The position numbers were made by a program, and so were the translations under genes. The notes under the pieces were generated by a model, which was not told the DNA's origin, made no database searches, and was given only the letters and a program-made list of their open reading frames with translations. DNA of 27,648 bases from a virus (lineage: Duplodnaviria > Caudoviricetes), in IMG/VR virus record IMGVR_UViG_3300032225_000536, positions 1 through 27,648 of that record. The stretch is one strand, 5' to 3'. How positions within the stretch are numbered: the first letter of the stretch is position 1; each line of letters starts with the position of its first letter. Positions 1 to 10,488 of this stretch are shown here, piece after piece.

Positions 1-2642
1 CTGGTTGCTGCCAATACTGCTGTGGTATCTGCTAGAGTAGCCTGAGCATAACGCTGTGCAGTCAAGTTGCTGACCAGTGTTGATTGGCTAGTTAACTGGC
101 CTGCAAACTTAGTAAAGTCATATGGTCTAAAGGTCACTGAGGACTGGCTTGTTAATCTAGCAATAATACCTTTGTAACGATTGACCTGTGCTGCCAACTG
201 TGTTGTGCTGGTGAAATTGGCCTGAGAGAATATGGCCTTGGTTGCTCTAAAGGTGCCTTGGGTAGTACTGGCCAACTGACTGCTAGTTCTTGCTGTTTTA
301 ACTGCCTGTGCAGATTCTGTTGACTGTGCTTGTAGTGTGGCCTTGAGTATGGCCAATCGTTGACCTGTGGCCTGTAGTGTTGTTTGACAGGATAAGTTGG
401 CAACACCACCTTTGAGTTTACCTGGATTCGCTGAAAGAGTTGATTGTGCAATCATTACTTCTGGGAATGCACTGATAATGTTTAGATAAATCTGCTGTGG
501 TACTGTACTGGTAACAAAGTTGCTGGCACCGCCTGCACTAGGACCCTGTAGACCATAAGGAATACCTGAAATAAATGATCGTGTTAGACTAGTAGTTGAA
601 TAGGTTGTAGTGGTACTGGTATCGCTAACATTTGACCAACTCCAAGTGCCTGTTAGAGGACTACGATGTGCCTTGTTGGTAATGACTGCTTCACCATCTA
701 TACTAGGTATGTTGGCCAATATTGAATAATAGGCCAACTGGCTTGTACGATAAATGCTACCTGCTATGTAGATAGTACCATCATACCAATATAAACTGTT
801 AAATCCTTGGAACTCACTAGTTGAGAACTGTCTATTCCATTGATATGCACCTGATGAATTCCATTTGTGTACATTGGCTTGGTCAATGATATACAAGTTG
901 CCGCCTGCATCAACATCAAGTTCTACTTGTAGTGTGCTAGATAGTCTTCTTGCCCAAACAGTTTGGCTGTTAGCAGACAGTTTGGCCACAGTTTGATAGT
1001 TGTTGGTTGGAGTATTGACAGGTCCTGATACATAGATGTTTTCATTGGAGTCCACAGCCATGCCACCACTGCCATCAACCATGTTAAGATTACTGCTCCA
1101 GATATTATTACCATCTAGATCAAATTTGTGCAGTTCAACAATGCTGTTGCCTGAAGTATAGTCTTCAACCATCCAATAGAGATGATTTTGTCCTAGTGCC
1201 ATGCGTACTTTTAGACCTTGTACACCTGCTAGTAGTGTTGTTACAGATTGACCCCATACAAATGTACCTGATAGGTCTAACTTTCTTAAACATGCATAGG
1301 AAGTACGAGTTGGATAAAATGCTTGTCCTGATAGGTAAATGCCTGAACTGTTAACTTCAATATCGTCAACTGTGGTCATTCCTGGAGTGATGCCACCTGC
1401 TAGGCTACCATCCATATTGAATATTGTAATATTAGATTGTGTATTGGCGCTGTTGCCCACCCAAACATAGATCTTATTGTTGTAGTAAGCACCTATTGGC
1501 GGTTGTATTAGACCATTATAATCTAATGTGCGTTGCCATGCAACTTCACCAGTAAATCTATCATGTGCGGCAACTATGGCCTTTTCATATCTTGTTTCGT
1601 TGTTGTAATAACTGTAGACTGCTACTTCAACAGCATATTGAGGTGTTGGTATAACTTCTACTGATTTGTCGCCTTGTAGACCTTTCCACCATAGTGTAGC
1701 AGTGGCCAATATTCTTGCCTGTGCTGTTACTGATGATGTTGCAGATAGTGTTGCTGAAGTTTGTTTAATCTGATGCTGTACAGGAGCAGGAATAGCAGTT
1801 AAGGTTGAAGTAACCTGTAGATTTGCCGCGCCTTGTTTAGCATTGGTTAATAGTCTACTTGTTGCAGATAAAGTTGTTGAAGCCTGTAAATTACCTAGAC
1901 CAGATACTATGCCTGTAGTATTGTCTAGTAAATTACCATCAAATTTGTAAAGAAATACTGTGGTTGATAAATTACCATCATAGATACTGCCATCTGGAGC
2001 ATAATTGGTAACTGCATTTGTTCCGCGGGCAAAGAATAGTTCATCAATGTAAGCGCCATTGTTACCATTGACAATAAATGGCTGTTCACTACCAACAAAA
2101 ATACCTGCATAGGAAGAATCCAAAGCACCTTGATTAACTAGTTCTTGTATAGGATAACCTAGGCGTCCATTATAGTTGACTGTATTGCTAGCGATGCCAT
2201 TAAATTTAAACTGTATAACACCATTAGTTCTAATAACTTCATAGTGGTCAAAATTACCTGTTGGAGTAAAACTACTGTCAGCAGGAGGATATATTTTGGC
2301 TAGATCATTACTAAATTTATCAGGTTGGCGGAATGCAAAATATGGTCTTGCAAAATATCCACCTACATTGACAATGTCAATACCTATTTCCCAACCTTCT
2401 TGTAGGCCACCACTAATATCACCATATTTGATAATAGGATATTGAGCACCTAATTGAGTTACATTTAAATCGCTATACTTAATCCAAACACTGATATAAA
2501 AATCTTGACTGGCTGAAACTTCAAAACTGGCAGCACCTACAGGATCTATACGAAATGCCTTGGTGCGGCTAGTATTGTAAGGAGTATATAAACTGCCTAT
2601 ACCATATTTTTTAATGGTAGTACCATAACCATAATTAGGCAT
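1..2642 (-). CDS. Large virion/fibre protein, 3'-truncated by the window (>880 aa): N-terminal LamG/ConA-like domain, Ala/Thr-rich repeats, beta-propeller region
   Basis: Not in the ORF track (no stop inside the window). Manual translation from ATG 2642 (AGGAGA 5 nt upstream) is open to base 1: MPNYGYGTTIKKYGIGSLY...DFYISVWIK...GWEIGI...FDHYEVIRTNGVIQFKFNG...AYIDELFFARG (LamG-like); propeller-like repeats VDSNENIYVSG, DVDAGGNLYI, GEVAWQR, GAYQWNRQ; A-x-L-x-x-x-S/T-T-L-x-A repeats. Confidence 0.85.
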   Translation of the reverse strand, partial: MPNYGYGTTIKKYGIGSLYTPYNTSRTKAFRIDPVGAASFEVSASQDFYISVWIKYSDLNVTQLGAQYPIIKYGDISGGLQEGWEIGIDIVNVGGYFARPYFAFRQPDKFSNDLAKIYPPADSSFTPTGNFDHYEVIRTNGVIQFKFNGIASNTVNYNGRLGYPIQELVNQGALDSSYAGIFVGSEQPFIVNGNNGAYIDELFFARGTNAVTNYAPDGSIYDGNLSTTVFLYKFDGNLLDNTTGIVSGLGNLQASTTLSATSRLLTNAKQGAANLQVTSTLTAIPAPVQHQIKQTSATLSATSSVTAQARILATATLWWKGLQGDKSVEVIPTPQYAVEVAVYSYYNNETRYEKAIVAAHDRFTGEVAWQRTLDYNGLIQPPIGAYYNNKIYVWVGNSANTQSNITIFNMDGSLAGGITPGMTTVDDIEVNSSGIYLSGQAFYPTRTSYACLRKLDLSGTFVWGQSVTTLLAGVQGLKVRMALGQNHLYWMVEDYTSGNSIVELHKFDLDGNNIWSSNLNMVDGSGGMAVDSNENIYVSGPVNTPTNNYQTVAKLSANSQTVWARRLSSTLQVELDVDAGGNLYIIDQANVHKWNSSGAYQWNRQFSTSEFQGFNSLYWYDGTIYIAGSIYRTSQLAYYSILANIPSIDGEAVITNKAHRSPLTGTWSWSNVSDTSTTTTYSTTSLTRSFISGIPYGLQGPSAGGASNFVTSTVPQQIYLNIISAFPEVMIAQSTLSANPGKLKGGVANLSCQTTLQATGQRLAILKATLQAQSTESAQAVKTARTSSQLASTTQGTFRATKAIFSQANFTSTTQLAAQVNRYKGIIARLTSQSSVTFRPYDFTKFAGQLTSQSTLVSNLTAQRYAQATLADTTAVLAAT

Positions 2643-3180
2643 TAATATCTCCTACAATAACCATAACTGTTCTTGGTGTTTGTGTTGCCTGTGCTACAAT
2701 AATACTACCAATTGCATTAACATCTGATCTGGGTCCATATAGGAATGTTTCACTAGATAAACTAGCACTATCACTAACTAGAATAAACTTAGTACCCTGT
2801 GCAGACAATGTACTAGATGCTGATAGGCTGGCTTGAACATTTCTTATTAGGCTAGCCGTTGCACTAAATGTTGTTGTATCAGATAAATTGGCCTGTAATG
2901 ATTTAACCTTAATGGCTGTAGTTGTAACAGTAGAATTAACAGCAAGATTGGCTTCTACTAGTTTGATATTGCCAATAATTAAGGTTAATGTACTATTGGC
3001 GGTTAGATCAGCAGATATCTCACGTATACCTACAAAATAGGTATCATCTATGTAACCTTGTACAAAGTAACCATAATCTAAGGTTAGGTTACCATCTACG
3101 ATATCCGTAGAGATGGTGTCACTAAGTCCACCATCTACGGTTCCTAGGCTAGAGTACTGACTTGAGCCGCCATCTAACAT
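2635..3180 (-). CDS. Ala/Thr/Ser-repeat virion protein; possibly the N-terminal part of the adjacent LamG protein
   Basis: 181-aa ORF with AAGGA upstream, N-terminal DGG motifs, and the same A-x-L-x-x-x-S/T-T-L repeats as the downstream ORF; 8-nt ATGCCTAA overlap. Confidence 0.75.
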   Translation of the reverse strand: MLDGGSSQYSSLGTVDGGLSDTISTDIVDGNLTLDYGYFVQGYIDDTYFVGIREISADLTANSTLTLIIGNIKLVEANLAVNSTVTTTAIKVKSLQANLSDTTTFSATASLIRNVQASLSASSTLSAQGTKFILVSDSASLSSETFLYGPRSDVNAIGSIIVAQATQTPRTVMVIVGDINA

Positions 3181-3189
3181 CTAAAATCC

Positions 3190-4575
3190 TTAACTTAGTT
3201 TAGTTACTTTACAGAAGACTTTACCCCATCCTGTACCACCAGGATTAGTTTGTGTTAATACTAGATATTCATTAGCATTGTTTATAGTTACTATTGCAGT
3301 CAATGGCATGAATAAACCACCCTGAGGATATTGATTAGAATTTTCATTACCTTGCAATTTTGTACCTGCTGATGATTTATCTAAGGTATGTCTACCAGCC
3401 GCAGTATAATAATCTTCTGAATTGCCTTTATCAGCAATGGTAGCAGTATGGTCTACCAATAGCCATTGATCATCATCACCTAATCCATCAAAATTTGCAC
3501 AACCATAAATTTCAATTAGATAAGTTCCTGCTGAATTAATATGTATTCTAGAATCACCAAAATCTCCAGATTGATCCCATGTTAATAAATTATCAGGGTC
3601 ATAATTATTTGAACTATATGATACAACTCCAGTTGACCATAGATGGAATGGAAAAGTCCAGCAATATTGTTGTTGACCATTTATAGATATTCTTTGTGTA
3701 TTAATACCATAACTACTACCAATACTACCAACACTTGCCATTGCAAATTTTGGTGCTCCAATACTAGGTTTATTAGTTAAATCATTGTAACTACCACTAG
3801 TTGCTACAGTTGCAAAATTTGGTCTATTGCTTAAATCATTATAACTTACTGTTGTAGTTGGAGTAGTCCAACCTAATACTCCACCAGTAGTATAGGTTAA
3901 TATTTGACCATTAGATGGGCCGCCTCCACCACCGTTAGATACAGAATAGTTTAAACCACTAATGTTACTAACTTGCGAAACATATGTCGCACTACCATTA
4001 TTAGTTGTTGAAATTTTAATTTTACCAGAACCTATTTCAATAACATAATAATCACTATTAAGTCCTATAAATGTACCATTATCATTGCCTGTAAATCTAA
4101 TAACATTACCAATACTAATGCTAGCAGTATTGCTTAGATAGATATATGAACTAGAATCTGTACTAGTTACAGTACCACTAGTACCATTATTAGATATTGC
4201 CTCTGGCCATTGATATCCAGAAAGTTTTAATTTACCACCAGTACCTGGTGTAATTCTAATGTCATTTCCTGCTGAACTAATAATTTGATTTTGTCCAACA
4301 TCAAGATTAGTAGATAATGTTCCTGAGAATGTACCAGTTGCGCCAGTTGCGCCAGTAGGGCCTGTATCGCCAGTTGCACCAGTTGCTCCAGTAGCACCTG
4401 TTGCTCCGCCACTTCCGCCACTAGCATAACTTAGGCTATTCCAAGTACTAGTTCCATTACCATATTTGATCTTACCAGTATCTGTTTCTAATCCAGGTTC
4501 GCCTGATGCTAGAACTACTGTACCGTTAGCAGTCCAATTGGCTGCTGTATCTCTTCTTAATTTAATTGTTGTCAT
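3190..4575 (-). CDS. Tail fibre/receptor-binding protein with Mtd_N (major tropism determinant N-terminal)-like domain and short collagen stretch
   Basis: N-terminus IKLRRDTAANWT...VLASGEPGLETDTGKIKYGNGTSTWNSLSY matches the Mtd_N pattern; G-X-T triplets; SYNDLxNxP fibre repeats. Confidence 0.8.
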   Translation of the reverse strand: MTTIKLRRDTAANWTANGTVVLASGEPGLETDTGKIKYGNGTSTWNSLSYASGGSGGATGATGATGATGDTGPTGATGATGTFSGTLSTNLDVGQNQIISSAGNDIRITPGTGGKLKLSGYQWPEAISNNGTSGTVTSTDSSSYIYLSNTASISIGNVIRFTGNDNGTFIGLNSDYYVIEIGSGKIKISTTNNGSATYVSQVSNISGLNYSVSNGGGGGPSNGQILTYTTGGVLGWTTPTTTVSYNDLSNRPNFATVATSGSYNDLTNKPSIGAPKFAMASVGSIGSSYGINTQRISINGQQQYCWTFPFHLWSTGVVSYSSNNYDPDNLLTWDQSGDFGDSRIHINSAGTYLIEIYGCANFDGLGDDDQWLLVDHTATIADKGNSEDYYTAAGRHTLDKSSAGTKLQGNENSNQYPQGGLFMPLTAIVTINNANEYLVLTQTNPGGTGWGKVFCKVTKLS

Positions 4576-4588
4576 TTTATTTTATCCT

Positions 4589-5497
4589 TTATGCTGTTTT
4601 ATAAATTGTATAACTAGATACAATTAATGTTGAATAATAATTACCTGAATTTCCTTGGAATCTAATAGTAGATGTTCTGGTTAGTGTAAACGAGTTTATA
4701 AAACCGCCATAGAACATACTAGTTTGACTATTGTATAGGCCAATATAATTTTCGGGAATAGTACCTAATGAAATATCATTAGTTTCATCATATAATCTCC
4801 AAGCATTACTGCCGCCATTATTACTTGAATTAACAATTTTTCCAGCATTAAGTTGAAAACTATAAGTGCCGGCTGGTAATATTAAAGCGGTTGGATTATC
4901 ATTAATACTATCGTCACTAATACTAGCACCTGATATAGTATTAATAATACTTGTTCCAAAAATTCTTTGATTTCTATAATCGCCAGTGCCAAAAGTATTA
5001 TTTGACCAGCCTCCCGGCTTGATTATAAACATAGATATTCCGTTACTAGCGGCTGCTCCGGTCGCTCCGGTTGCACCTGTAGCACCAGGACTACCAGTAG
5101 CACCTGTAGAACCAGTAGCACCTGCTGGGCCTGTAGCACCAGGACTACCAGTTGCACCTGTAGGACCTGCTGGGCCTGTGTCTCCACGATAATCTTCACC
5201 ACTAGGATCGCTACCTGTGGCTGTTCCACCGTCTTCAATGCCAGTGGTTGTAGTGGCTGCATTGCCACCATCTAAATTCGTTGTTAGTCCTATGACCAAC
5301 TGATTGTTAACAACATTGGTGACGATTTTACTTCCGCCAGCAATGGTAAATGTATCATTAAGGCTACCTTGTATGGTGCCTGAATCGCCTGCTATGCTAA
5401 TAGAGGCATTGTCTAAGTTACTAAAATTATTGTCTAATTCTGTTCGAGTTAACGGTGCGCCTTTAGTTGCGCGAGTTACTATCACCGGCTTGGTCAT
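4589..5497 (-). CDS. Collagen-like fibre protein
   Basis: N-terminal RxxKGxPLTxxExDxNFSNL motif, ~15 G-X-Y triplets, beta-rich C-terminal head (LILPAGTYSF). Confidence 0.8.
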   Translation of the reverse strand: MTKPVIVTRATKGAPLTRTELDNNFSNLDNASISIAGDSGTIQGSLNDTFTIAGGSKIVTNVVNNQLVIGLTTNLDGGNAATTTTGIEDGGTATGSDPSGEDYRGDTGPAGPTGATGSPGATGPAGATGSTGATGSPGATGATGATGAAASNGISMFIIKPGGWSNNTFGTGDYRNQRIFGTSIINTISGASISDDSINDNPTALILPAGTYSFQLNAGKIVNSSNNGGSNAWRLYDETNDISLGTIPENYIGLYNSQTSMFYGGFINSFTLTRTSTIRFQGNSGNYYSTLIVSSYTIYKTA

Positions 5498-5523
5498 CGT
5501 TTTTCCTTATGTTAAACGGGATA

Positions 5524-5545
5524 GTAGGGAAGTTGCCTTCCCTAC
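5524..5545 (-). terminator. Intergenic hairpin (weak terminator or mRNA processing/stability stem)
   Basis: GTAGGGAAG-GCAA-CTTCCCTAC: 9-bp stem with GNRA loop on the minus strand; no clear U-tract. Confidence 0.5.
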
Positions 5546-5564
5546 CCTTATTGCCTTTTATTGC

Positions 5565-7516
<1,952 letters not shown>

Positions 7517-7527
7517 TGGTTTTTATA

Positions 7528-7953
7528 TTACGCTAATGCGATTGTTAAGTTGCCACTAGTAACTTGGAATGTGTCACCTGTGTCAATCTGTTTGCTAGTT
7601 GTAACTGCACCAAAGAATAGTACATTACCACCAGTTGCGGCGTCCATGACAGCAATATGAGTAACTGTACCCCATGAACTTGTTGCGGCTTGAAATGTTA
7701 CAGTTGCGTTAGTTGCTGAACTTGTAGTTCCGTTGGCTGTTGCGGCTGAAGCAAAAGTAACTGTTTGACGGCCATAAGCACTGCCTGATGTTGAAATTTC
7801 ATCAGTTAAAGTACCTGCTTGTAGGTTTGCCAAAGTGTTACCACTTGTGCTGTTGAATAAAGCCAAGTAACGTGCTGAAGGTTGTGTAAATGCTGATGTT
7901 GTTAACACATGATCAAGGATCTTGCGTTCTGAATAATTTGAGGCTGCTGACAT
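7528..7953 (-). CDS. Conserved ~140-aa phage virion (tail-fibre-associated) protein
   Basis: MSAASNYSERKILDHVL...YLALF...EIS..GSAYGRQTVTF...WGTVTHIAVMDAATGGNVLFFG...GDTFQV is a recognisable phage structural pattern; strong AAGGAGA SD. Confidence 0.8.
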   Translation of the reverse strand: MSAASNYSERKILDHVLTTSAFTQPSARYLALFNSTSGNTLANLQAGTLTDEISTSGSAYGRQTVTFASAATANGTTSSATNATVTFQAATSSWGTVTHIAVMDAATGGNVLFFGAVTTSKQIDTGDTFQVTSGNLTIALA

Positions 7954-7998
7954 GTTATCTCCTTAAGGGTTTGTCTGTTGCATTGCGATTCGCACATG

Positions 7999-8004
7999 TA
8001 TTTA
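7999..8004 (-). promoter_or_regulatory. TAAATA late-promoter-like box
   Basis: ccaaTAAATAcatg in the intergenic gap ~45 nt upstream of ATG 7953. Confidence 0.6.
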
Positions 8005-8008
8005 TTGG

Positions 8009-8036
8009 AAACCTTAAAAAACCTTAAAAAACCTTA
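8009..8036. repeat. 10-bp tandem repeat (AAACCTTA core x3)
   Basis: ggaa-accttaaaaa-accttaaaaa-acctta, immediately upstream of the TAAATA box on the minus strand. Confidence 0.8.
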
Positions 8037-8038
8037 GA

Positions 8039-8800
8039 TTAATTTAAGTTTTGCCATGTAGTGCCTGCATAGACCTGTAGTTTGCTTAGTGTGATGTTAT
8101 AAATCACCATACCAGTTATATCAATGCCACTAGTAGTCATTGATGTTGTCCAAGTATCTCTTTGTGTTGTTGAAATTGAATAAAATTGTGCAGGCATATT
8201 GCACCAAAAATAACTTTTATTCAATGATGTATATTGACTAAAATAAATTGGTTGATTATTAGTAGGTGTTATAGTAGTTCTATCATTGTATCCCACTGCA
8301 ATAATACCACTAGTACCATTATTACTTGCACTGCCTTGTAGTGTTATTGTACCATTACTAGTATAAACTACAGCGGCATTACCATTATTGGAAACATATA
8401 AATTTGATTCGCTAAGTGTTGTACCACCAGTACTATAATAGGGTATTTTGTTAGTAGATCCGCTATTGATAGTGCCACTACCTCCGCCACTGCCACCTGT
8501 ACCATTAGAAACTGCTGTTATTCTGCCCTGTTGATCTACAGTAATATTGGCATTGGTATAACTACCTGGAGTAACTGCTGTGTTATCAAGATCTATGGTT
8601 AAGGTAGTTCCTGATACTGAACTGGTTAATGCTGTACCACCACTTACTTTAAAACTATCATTTAGGCTATTGGTTATAGTACCTGTATCACCTGTGACTG
8701 TGATAGTGGCATTTTGAAGATTACTAAAATTAGTATCTAGTTGTTCATAGGTCAAAGCACTGCCATTTGATACTCTATTGGTAATTACTGGTTTGGTCAT
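8039..8800 (-). CDS. Tail fibre-like protein
   Basis: Same N-terminal anchor motif (GSALTYEQLDTNFSNL); TAVTPGSYTNANITVDQQGRITAVSNG fibre repeat; C-terminal GMVIYNITLSKLQVYAGTTW motif common in phage fibres. Confidence 0.8.
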   Translation of the reverse strand: MTKPVITNRVSNGSALTYEQLDTNFSNLQNATITVTGDTGTITNSLNDSFKVSGGTALTSSVSGTTLTIDLDNTAVTPGSYTNANITVDQQGRITAVSNGTGGSGGGSGTINSGSTNKIPYYSTGGTTLSESNLYVSNNGNAAVVYTSNGTITLQGSASNNGTSGIIAVGYNDRTTITPTNNQPIYFSQYTSLNKSYFWCNMPAQFYSISTTQRDTWTTSMTTSGIDITGMVIYNITLSKLQVYAGTTWQNLN

Positions 8801-8829
8801 ATAAGTCCTAACTCATCTATTAAGTATTG

Positions 8830-8851
8830 TATTTACTTCTTTCATTAAATA
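8830..8851. promoter_or_regulatory. Back-to-back TAAATA boxes (minus 8830-8835, plus 8846-8851)
   Basis: Minus gaagTAAATAcaa upstream of ATG 8800; plus catTAAATAtagcATG, 4 nt before the glycosyltransferase start with no SD. Confidence 0.6.
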
Positions 8852-8855
8852 TAGC

Positions 8856-9935
8856 ATGGATAAACTAAAAATATGCGTATATGCCATCGCGCTTAATGAG
8901 GCAAAACATGTAGAAAGATTTTATGCCAGTTGTGAAGGTGCTGACCAAGTCTTGATCGCTGACACAGGCAGCACTGACAACACTAGACAATTGGCCACAT
9001 ACCTAGGTTGTGATGTGCATCAAATTAGCATCAAACCTTGGCGATTTGACACAGCAAGAAATGCCGCATTGGCCTTGATACCTGAAGACTATGATGTTTG
9101 CATTAGCCTTGATATGGACGAAGTCTTAACTCCTGGTTGGCGTAAGATTGTTGAAGATGCTTGGCGTCCAGGTACTACTAGACTACAGTATAGATTTAAC
9201 AATGGTGCTGGTAACATATTCAATGCTACCAAGATACATATTCGCCATGGATACAATTGGCGTTATCTATGCCATGAAATGATTGAATGCGATCCTAGGA
9301 TTAAAGAACAATGGTCAGTGATTGAAGATATCCTAATTGAACATCATCCTGATAATTCAAAAAGTCGTGGACAATATCTACTGCAATTAGAAGCCGCTGT
9401 CAAAGAAGATCCCTATAGCCATCGCTATTCATGGTATCTTGCTCGTGAATATTGGTATTATAAACAGTATGAAGACAGCATCAAAGAATTTGATCGCTAT
9501 TTGGCCATGCCCAGTAGTGTTTGGCATCATGAACGCAGTTTTGCTTTAAGATGCCAAGGTAAAAGTCTACTCAAACTAGGCCTTAATGATCAAGCCCTAG
9601 CCAAGTTAAGATTAGCAGTTGATACAAGTCGTTATATCCGTGATACTTGGCTAGATCTAGCACAAGCCTGTTATGAACTAAAACAATGGCAAGAATGTTT
9701 CTATGCCAGTATCCAAGGTTTGACCATTACCAATAGAGAATATGTCTTTACCTCAACACCTGATGCTTGGGGATATCGCCTTTATGATCTAGCGGCATTA
9801 TCTGCACATAACCTCAAGATGGATGATACTGCTGTCAAATATGGATTACTTGCTATAGAGCAATCACCTACAGATCAACGATTAATTAAGAACTTAGGTT
9901 ACTATCAACAACAAAGAGCGAATGCTTCGCTCTAA
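8856..9935 (+). CDS. Glycosyltransferase family 2 with C-terminal TPR repeats
   Basis: KICVYAIALNE, IADTGSTDNT, FDTARNAAL, DxD motif ISLDMDEVL, HE motif; helical TPR-like C-terminus (WYLAREYWYYKQYEDSIKEFDRYL, WLDLAQACYELKQWQEC). Confidence 0.9.
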   Translation: MDKLKICVYAIALNEAKHVERFYASCEGADQVLIADTGSTDNTRQLATYLGCDVHQISIKPWRFDTARNAALALIPEDYDVCISLDMDEVLTPGWRKIVEDAWRPGTTRLQYRFNNGAGNIFNATKIHIRHGYNWRYLCHEMIECDPRIKEQWSVIEDILIEHHPDNSKSRGQYLLQLEAAVKEDPYSHRYSWYLAREYWYYKQYEDSIKEFDRYLAMPSSVWHHERSFALRCQGKSLLKLGLNDQALAKLRLAVDTSRYIRDTWLDLAQACYELKQWQECFYASIQGLTITNREYVFTSTPDAWGYRLYDLAALSAHNLKMDDTAVKYGLLAIEQSPTDQRLIKNLGYYQQQRANASL

Positions 9936-9956
9936 CTTTCGCTTGCGCTCAAGTTA
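9915..9956 (-). other. Two compact hairpins (GCA triloop; GCAA loop with tandem GA mismatches)
   Basis: Minus strand TAACTT-GA-GC-GCAA-GC-GA-AAGTTA (9933-9956) and AGAGCGAA-GCA-TTCGCTCT (9915-9933). Confidence 0.7.
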
Positions 9957-9959
9957 TTT

Positions 9960-10370
9960 TCTTTTCTCTTTGATTGTTTTAAGATTATGTAGGGCAACAT
10001 TTTAGTCAGACGGAACCATTTAAGGTTCCATCTTTGTCATTATGTGAGGGTATCTCAGCCAAGACATTGGAAGTAGGTATTTTACTGTTGCTAATGGGTG
10101 CTGATCTTGCCCAACCTACATCGCTTCACATTGCTGTGCCCAGACCGCGTTCCTAGTTGTCTGAAGTTTTATAGCCAGTGTTCCGTACGCTAACATTCGT
10201 ACTACATCAACTTACAGCCAGTGGGCTTCCATCAATGTGTTGCGTGTTCCAGATATCACCCTGGATTTTTCCACAGCGGAATTACGAACTGGCCCGCCAA
10301 CCTTAGGTGTTAGATAATAGTGCCTTGGGGAATTGCCATTTTTGATTTGCCTGCCATGTTTGCCTTCTCT
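9960..10370 (-). ncRNA. Candidate large structured non-coding RNA (family not identified)
   Basis: No long ORF; GC-richer than flanks; at least 8 consecutive stems with G-U pairs and a GCAA tetraloop favouring the minus strand; own promoter at 10376-10408. Confidence 0.65.
10310..10357 (-). CDS. Possible 15-aa leader peptide MAGKSKMAIPQGTII
   Basis: ATG with GAAGG upstream just after the promoter; very short and may be non-coding. Confidence 0.25.
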   Translation of the reverse strand: MAGKSKMAIPQGTII

Positions 10371-10375
10371 ACTAG

Positions 10376-10408
10376 TATTTAGTATACTACCTAAAAACCA
10401 TATGTCAA
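10376..10408 (-). promoter_or_regulatory. sigma70-type promoter overlapping a TAAATA box, driving the structured element
   Basis: TTGACA (10403-10408), 16 nt, TATACT (10381-10386), fused with TAAATA (10376-10381). Confidence 0.7.
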
Positions 10409-10440
10409 ATAGGTTTGGACAAATTATTTTATCAAAAAAC

Positions 10441-10469
10441 TTGTATTTGATAAATACATTGTATATAAT
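10441..10469 (+). promoter_or_regulatory. sigma70-type promoter with internal TAAATA box and palindrome
   Basis: TTGTAT (10441-10446), 17 nt, TATAAT (10464-10469); TAAATA at 10451-10456; TGTATTT-gat-AAATACA inverted repeat. Confidence 0.65.
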
Positions 10470-10488
10470 AGTGTAAAGGAGAAATTAA

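Noticed and set aside
152-2128. Track ORFs 152-451, 923-1114 and 1925-2128, and the apparent lack of a long gene (possible stop-codon recoding or pseudogene)
   Set aside because: They are off-frame shadows of one continuous minus-strand CDS from 2642 that has no stop inside the window; the standard code works throughout
3190-4575. Diversity-generating retroelement suggested by the Mtd_N domain
   Set aside because: No reverse transcriptase and no TR/VR pair differing at adenines seen in the window; Mtd_N is only the N-terminal domain
9936-10488. tRNA, tmRNA or self-splicing intron in the non-coding gap
   Set aside because: No cloverleaf with T-loop and CCA, no tmRNA-like ends, no interrupted gene on either side, no recognisable group I core or group II domain V
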